Of a DNA stretch of 64,000 nucleotides, positions 59,051 through 64,000 are shown one piece after another. Every line of letters begins with the position of its first letter. Within the stretch, counting starts at the first letter, position 1. Below the pieces are notes generated by a model that was given only the letters and a program-made list of their open reading frames with translations, did no database searches and was not told the DNA's origin. Location: positions 7,998,001-8,062,000 of the forward strand of contig OZ024756.1 of the NCBI GenBank assembly GCA_964016885.1. Reading direction: 5' to 3'. A program made the translations under genes and the position numbers. This DNA comes from Eledone cirrhosa. Its lineage: Eukaryota.

Positions 59051-60557
59051 ATCTCACTCTCTACATTTTCTAATCTATAGTCTTACTATATATATCACAC
59101 TCTCTACATTATGTAAACTATAGTCTTACTATATATATCTTACTCTCTACATTATCTAATCTATAGTCTTACTATATCACCCTCTCTACATTATCTAACC
59201 TATAGTCTTACTATATCACACTCTCGACATTATATATTCTATAATCTTACTATATCAGACTCTGTATTTTATCTAATCTATAGTCTTACTATATATAGCA
59301 CACGCTCTACATTATCTAATCTATTGTCTTACTATATTACACTCTCTACATTGTCGAATCTATAGTCTTACTATATACATCACACTCTCTGCTTCATCTA
59401 ATCTATAGTCTTACTATATATAGCACACTCTCTACGTTATCTAATCTATAGTCTTACTATATCTCACTCTCTATATTATCTAATCTGTAGTCTTACTATA
59501 TCACAGTCTCTACATTATCTAATATATAGTTTTACTATATATAGCACACTGTCTACATTATCTAATCTATAGACTTACTATATAACACCCTCTACATTAT
59601 CTAATCGATAGTCTTACTATATCTCAGTCTCTACATTTTCTAATCTATAGTCTTACTATATCACACTCTCTGCATTATCTAATCTATAGTCTTACTATAT
59701 ATATCACACTCTCTACTTTATCTAATATATAGTCTTACTATGTCACACTCTCTACATCATCTAATCTATAGTCTTACTATATATATCTCACCCTCTACAT
59801 TATCTAATCAATAGTTTTACTATTTCACACTCTCTACAATATCTAATATATTGTCTCACTCTATCACACTCTCTACAATATCTAATCTATAGTCTTACTC
59901 TATATATATATCACATTCTCTACATTATCTAATCTAAAGTTTTACTATATCACCCTCTCTATATTATCTAATCTATAGTCTTACTATATCACTCTCTCTA
60001 CATTATCTAATCAATTGTCTTACTATATATATCACACTCTCTACATTATCTAATCTAAAATCTTACCATATATTTCACACTCTCCACATTTTCTAATCTA
60101 TACTCTTATTATATCACACACTCTACATTATCTAATCTATAGTCTTATTGTATCACACTCTCTACATTGTCTAATATATAGTCTTACTATATATATCAGA
60201 CTCCCTACATTATCTAATCTATAGTATAACTATATCACAATCTCTACATTATCTACTCTATAATTTAACTATATCTCACTCCCTACATTATCTAATCTAT
60301 AGTCCTAATATATATATCACACTCTCTACGTTATTTAATCTATAGTCTTAATATATCTCACTCTCTACATTATCTAATCTATAGTCTTACTATATCTCAC
60401 TCGCTGCACTATCTAATCTATGGTCTTACTATATTTATCTCACGATATACATTATATAATCTATAGTCTTACTATATCACACTCTCTACATTATCTAATC
60501 TATAGTCTTACTATATTACACTCTGTACATTATCTAATCTATAGTCTTACTACACCA

Positions 60558-61290
60558 CACTCTCTACATTATCTAATCTATAGTCTTACTATATATATCA
60601 CACTCTCTACATTATCTAATCTATTGTCTTACTATATATACCACACTCTGTATATTATCTAATCTAGGCGTACTATATCACACTCTCTACGTTATCTATC
60701 TCATCTCTACATTATCTAATCTATAGTCCTACTATGTCACACTCTCTACATTATCTAATCTATAGTCTTACTATATATATCACACTCACTAGATAATCTA
60801 ATCTATAGTCTTACTATATATATCACACTCTCTACATTATCTAATATATAGTCTTACTATATCACACTCTCTACATTATCTAATCTATAGTCTTACTATA
60901 TCTCACTCTCTACATTATCTAATCTATAGTCTTACTATATATATCACACTCTCTACATTATCTAATCTATTGTCTTACTATATATACCACACTCTGTATA
61001 TTATCTAATCTAGGCGTACTATATCACTCTCTCTACGTTATCTATCTCATCTCTACATTCTCTAATCTATAGTCCTACTATGTCACACTCTCTACATTAT
61101 CTAATCTATAGTCTTACTATATATATCACACTCACTAGATAATCTAATCTATAGTCTTACTATATATATCACACTCTCTACATTATCTACTCTAGAGTCT
61201 TACTATATATATCACACTCTCTACATTATCTAATATATAGTCTTACTATATCACACTCTCTACATTATCTAATCTATAGTCTTACTATAT
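60558..61290 (+). repeat. 346-bp tandem duplication
   Basis: Markers CTAGGCGTACTAT at 60664/61010 and CTCACTAGATAATC at 60785/61131. Confidence 0.88.
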
Positions 61291-64000
61291 CTCACTCTCT
61301 ACATTATCTAATCTATAGTCTTACTATATCACACTCTCTACATTATCTAATCTATAGTCTTACTATATATATCACACTCTCTACATTATCTAATCTATAG
61401 TTTTACTATATATATCTCACTCTGTACATTATCTAATCTAGTCTTACTATATCACACTCTGTACATTATCTAATCTAGTCTTACTATATCACACTCTCTA
61501 CATTATCTAATCTATAGTCTCACTATATCTCACTCTCTATATTATCTAATCTATAGTGTTACTATATGACACTCTCTACATTATCTACTCTATAGTCTTA
61601 CTCTATATATCACACACTACATTATCTAATCTATAGCCTTACTATATCACTCTCTCTACATTATCTAATCTAAAGTCTTACTATATCACACTCTCTACAT
61701 AATCTAATCTATAGTCTTACTATATATATCACACTCTCTACATTATCTAATCTATAGTCTTACTATATCACACTCTCTACATTATCTAATCTATCGTCTT
61801 ACTATATCACAGTCTCTACATTATCTAATCTATAGTCTTACTATATCACACTCTCTACATTATCTAATCTATAGTCTTACTCTATCATACTCTCTACATT
61901 ATCAAATCTATAGTCTTACTATATATATCACACTCTCTATATTATCTAAACTAGGCTTACTATATCACACTCTCTACATTATCAAATCTATAGTCTTACT
62001 ATATAACACTCACTATATTATCTAATCTATAGTCTTATTATATCTCACCTTCTACATTATCATATATATAGTCTTACTATATATATCTCATTTCTACGTT
62101 ATCTAATCTATAGTCTTACTCTATCACACTCTCTACATTATCTAATCTATAGTCTTACTATATCACACTCTCTACATTATCTAATCTATAGTGTTTCTAT
62201 ATATATAACACTTTCTACATTATCTAATCTATAGTCTTACTACATCACACTTTCTACATTATCTAATATATAGTCTTACTATATCACACTCTCTACATTA
62301 TCTAATCTATAGTCTTACTATATCACACTCTCTTCTACATTATCTAATCTATAGTCATAATATATCACACACTCTACATTATCTAATATATAGTTTTACT
62401 ATATATATCTCACTCTCTACATTATCTAATCTAGTCTTACTATATCACACTCTCTACATTATATAATCGATAGTCTTACTATATCACACTCTCTACATAA
62501 TCTAATCTATTGTCTTACTATATATATCACACTCACTAGATAATCTAATCTATAGTCTTACTATATCACACACCCTACATTATCTAATCTAGAGTCTTAC
62601 TATATATATCACACTCTCTACATTATCTAATCTATAGTGTTACTATATCACACTCTCTACCTTATCTAATCTATAGTCTTACTATATCACCATCTCTACA
62701 TTATCTACTCTATAATTTTACTATATATCACTCTCTACATTATCTAACCTATAGTCCTAATATATATATATCACACTCTCTACATTATCTTCATCTATAG
62801 TCTTACTATATCTCACTCTCTGCACTATCTAATCTATGGTCTTACTATATTTACCTCACGATATACATTATATGATCTATAGTCTTACTATATCACACTC
62901 TCTACATTATCTAATCTATCGTCTAACTATATCACAGTCTCTACATTATCTAATCTATTTTCTTACTATATCACACTCTCAAGATTATCTAATCTATAGT
63001 CTTATTATATCACACTCTCTACATTAACTAATCTATAGTCCTACTATATCACGCTCTCTATATTATGTAATCTAGGCTTACTCTATCACACTCTCTACAT
63101 TATCAAATCTATATAGTCTTACTATATAACACTCACTATATTATCTAATATATAGTCTTACTATATCTCACCTTCTACATTATCTAATATATAGTCTTAC
63201 TATATATATCTCATTTCTACATTATCTAATCTATATTCCTACTATATATATCACACTCTCTACATTGTCTAATATATAGTCTTACTATATCACACTCTCT
63301 ACATTATCTAATCTATAGTCTTACTATATCACACTCTCTACATTATCTAATCTATAGTCTTACTATATATATCACACTCTGTACATTATCTAATCTATAG
63401 TCTTACTATATCACACTCTGTACATTATCTAATCTATAGTCTTACTATATTACACTCTCTACGTTATCTGATCTAGTCTTACTATATCACACTCTCTATA
63501 TTATCTAATCTATAGTCTTACTATATATATCTCACTCTCTAAGTTATCTAATATATAGGCTTACTATATCACACTATGTACATTATCTAATCTATAGTCT
63601 TACAATATCTCACTCTCTACATTATCTAATCTATAGTCTTACTATATGACACTCACTACATTATGTAATCTATAGTCTTACTATATCACACTCTTTATAT
63701 ACTCTAATCTATAGTTCTACTATATCTCACTCTCTACGTTATCTAATCTATAGTTCTACTATATCTCACTCTCTACATTATCTAATCTATAATCTTACTA
63801 TATCTCAGTCTGAACATTATCTAATCTATAGTCTTACTATATCACACTCTCTACATTATCTAATCTACAGTCTTACTATATATATCTCACTCTCTACATT
63901 ATCTAATATATAGTCTTACTATATCACACATTCTACATTATCTGATCTATAGACTTAACATATATATCACACTCTCTACATTATCTAATCTATAGTCTTA

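Larger units (their letters stand above)
46251..64000 (+). repeat. 39/43-bp satellite array, segment 3 (runs off the right edge of the window)
   Basis: The same monomer in the original orientation resumes at (T)GTCTTACTATATCACAC. Confidence 0.99.

Noticed and set aside
840-63027. Many short + strand ORFs encoding (SHSLHYLIYSLTI)n-like peptides
   Set aside because: 39 bp is 13 codons with one stop-free frame. The ORFs start at chance mutant ATG/TTG/GTG codons and end after 43-bp monomers shift the frame, so they are not genes.
1-64000. CRISPR-like array (repeat length near 39 bp)
   Set aside because: The monomers are directly adjacent with no unique spacers. There are no cas genes or leader, and the context is eukaryotic retroelements.
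1-64000. Telomeric repeat array
   Set aside because: There are no TTAGGG or TTAGG-type G-rich short repeats. A subtelomeric location cannot be judged from this window.

Overview
This is eukaryotic heterochromatin-type DNA with no intact host gene. About 95% of the window is one AT-rich tandem satellite with monomer TCACACTCTCTACATTATCTAATCTATAGTCTTACTATA. The monomer is 39 bp, or 43 bp with a longer TA tract, and there are roughly 1,500 copies. The array is organised into zones with their own variant monomers and nested tandem duplications (199, 241 and 346 bp; about 1.65, 3 and 5.7 kb). Two retroelements interrupt it. (1) A 165-bp tRNA-type SINE (26344-26508) has a perfect 17-bp target-site duplication, and empty-site paralogs lie nearby. 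From memory it resembles octopus SINEs, which tentatively suggests a cephalopod genome. (2) A 5'-truncated, dead RTE-clade LINE (APE endonuclease plus RT) has a C4HC3 PHD finger inserted between RT motifs 6 and 7. A ~2.33-kb inversion (about 43921-46250) split this LINE, flipped ~1 kb of satellite, and left a 14-bp inverted copy of left-breakpoint sequence at the right junction. All short (SHSLHYLIYSLTI)n ORFs are artefacts of the 39-bp period.
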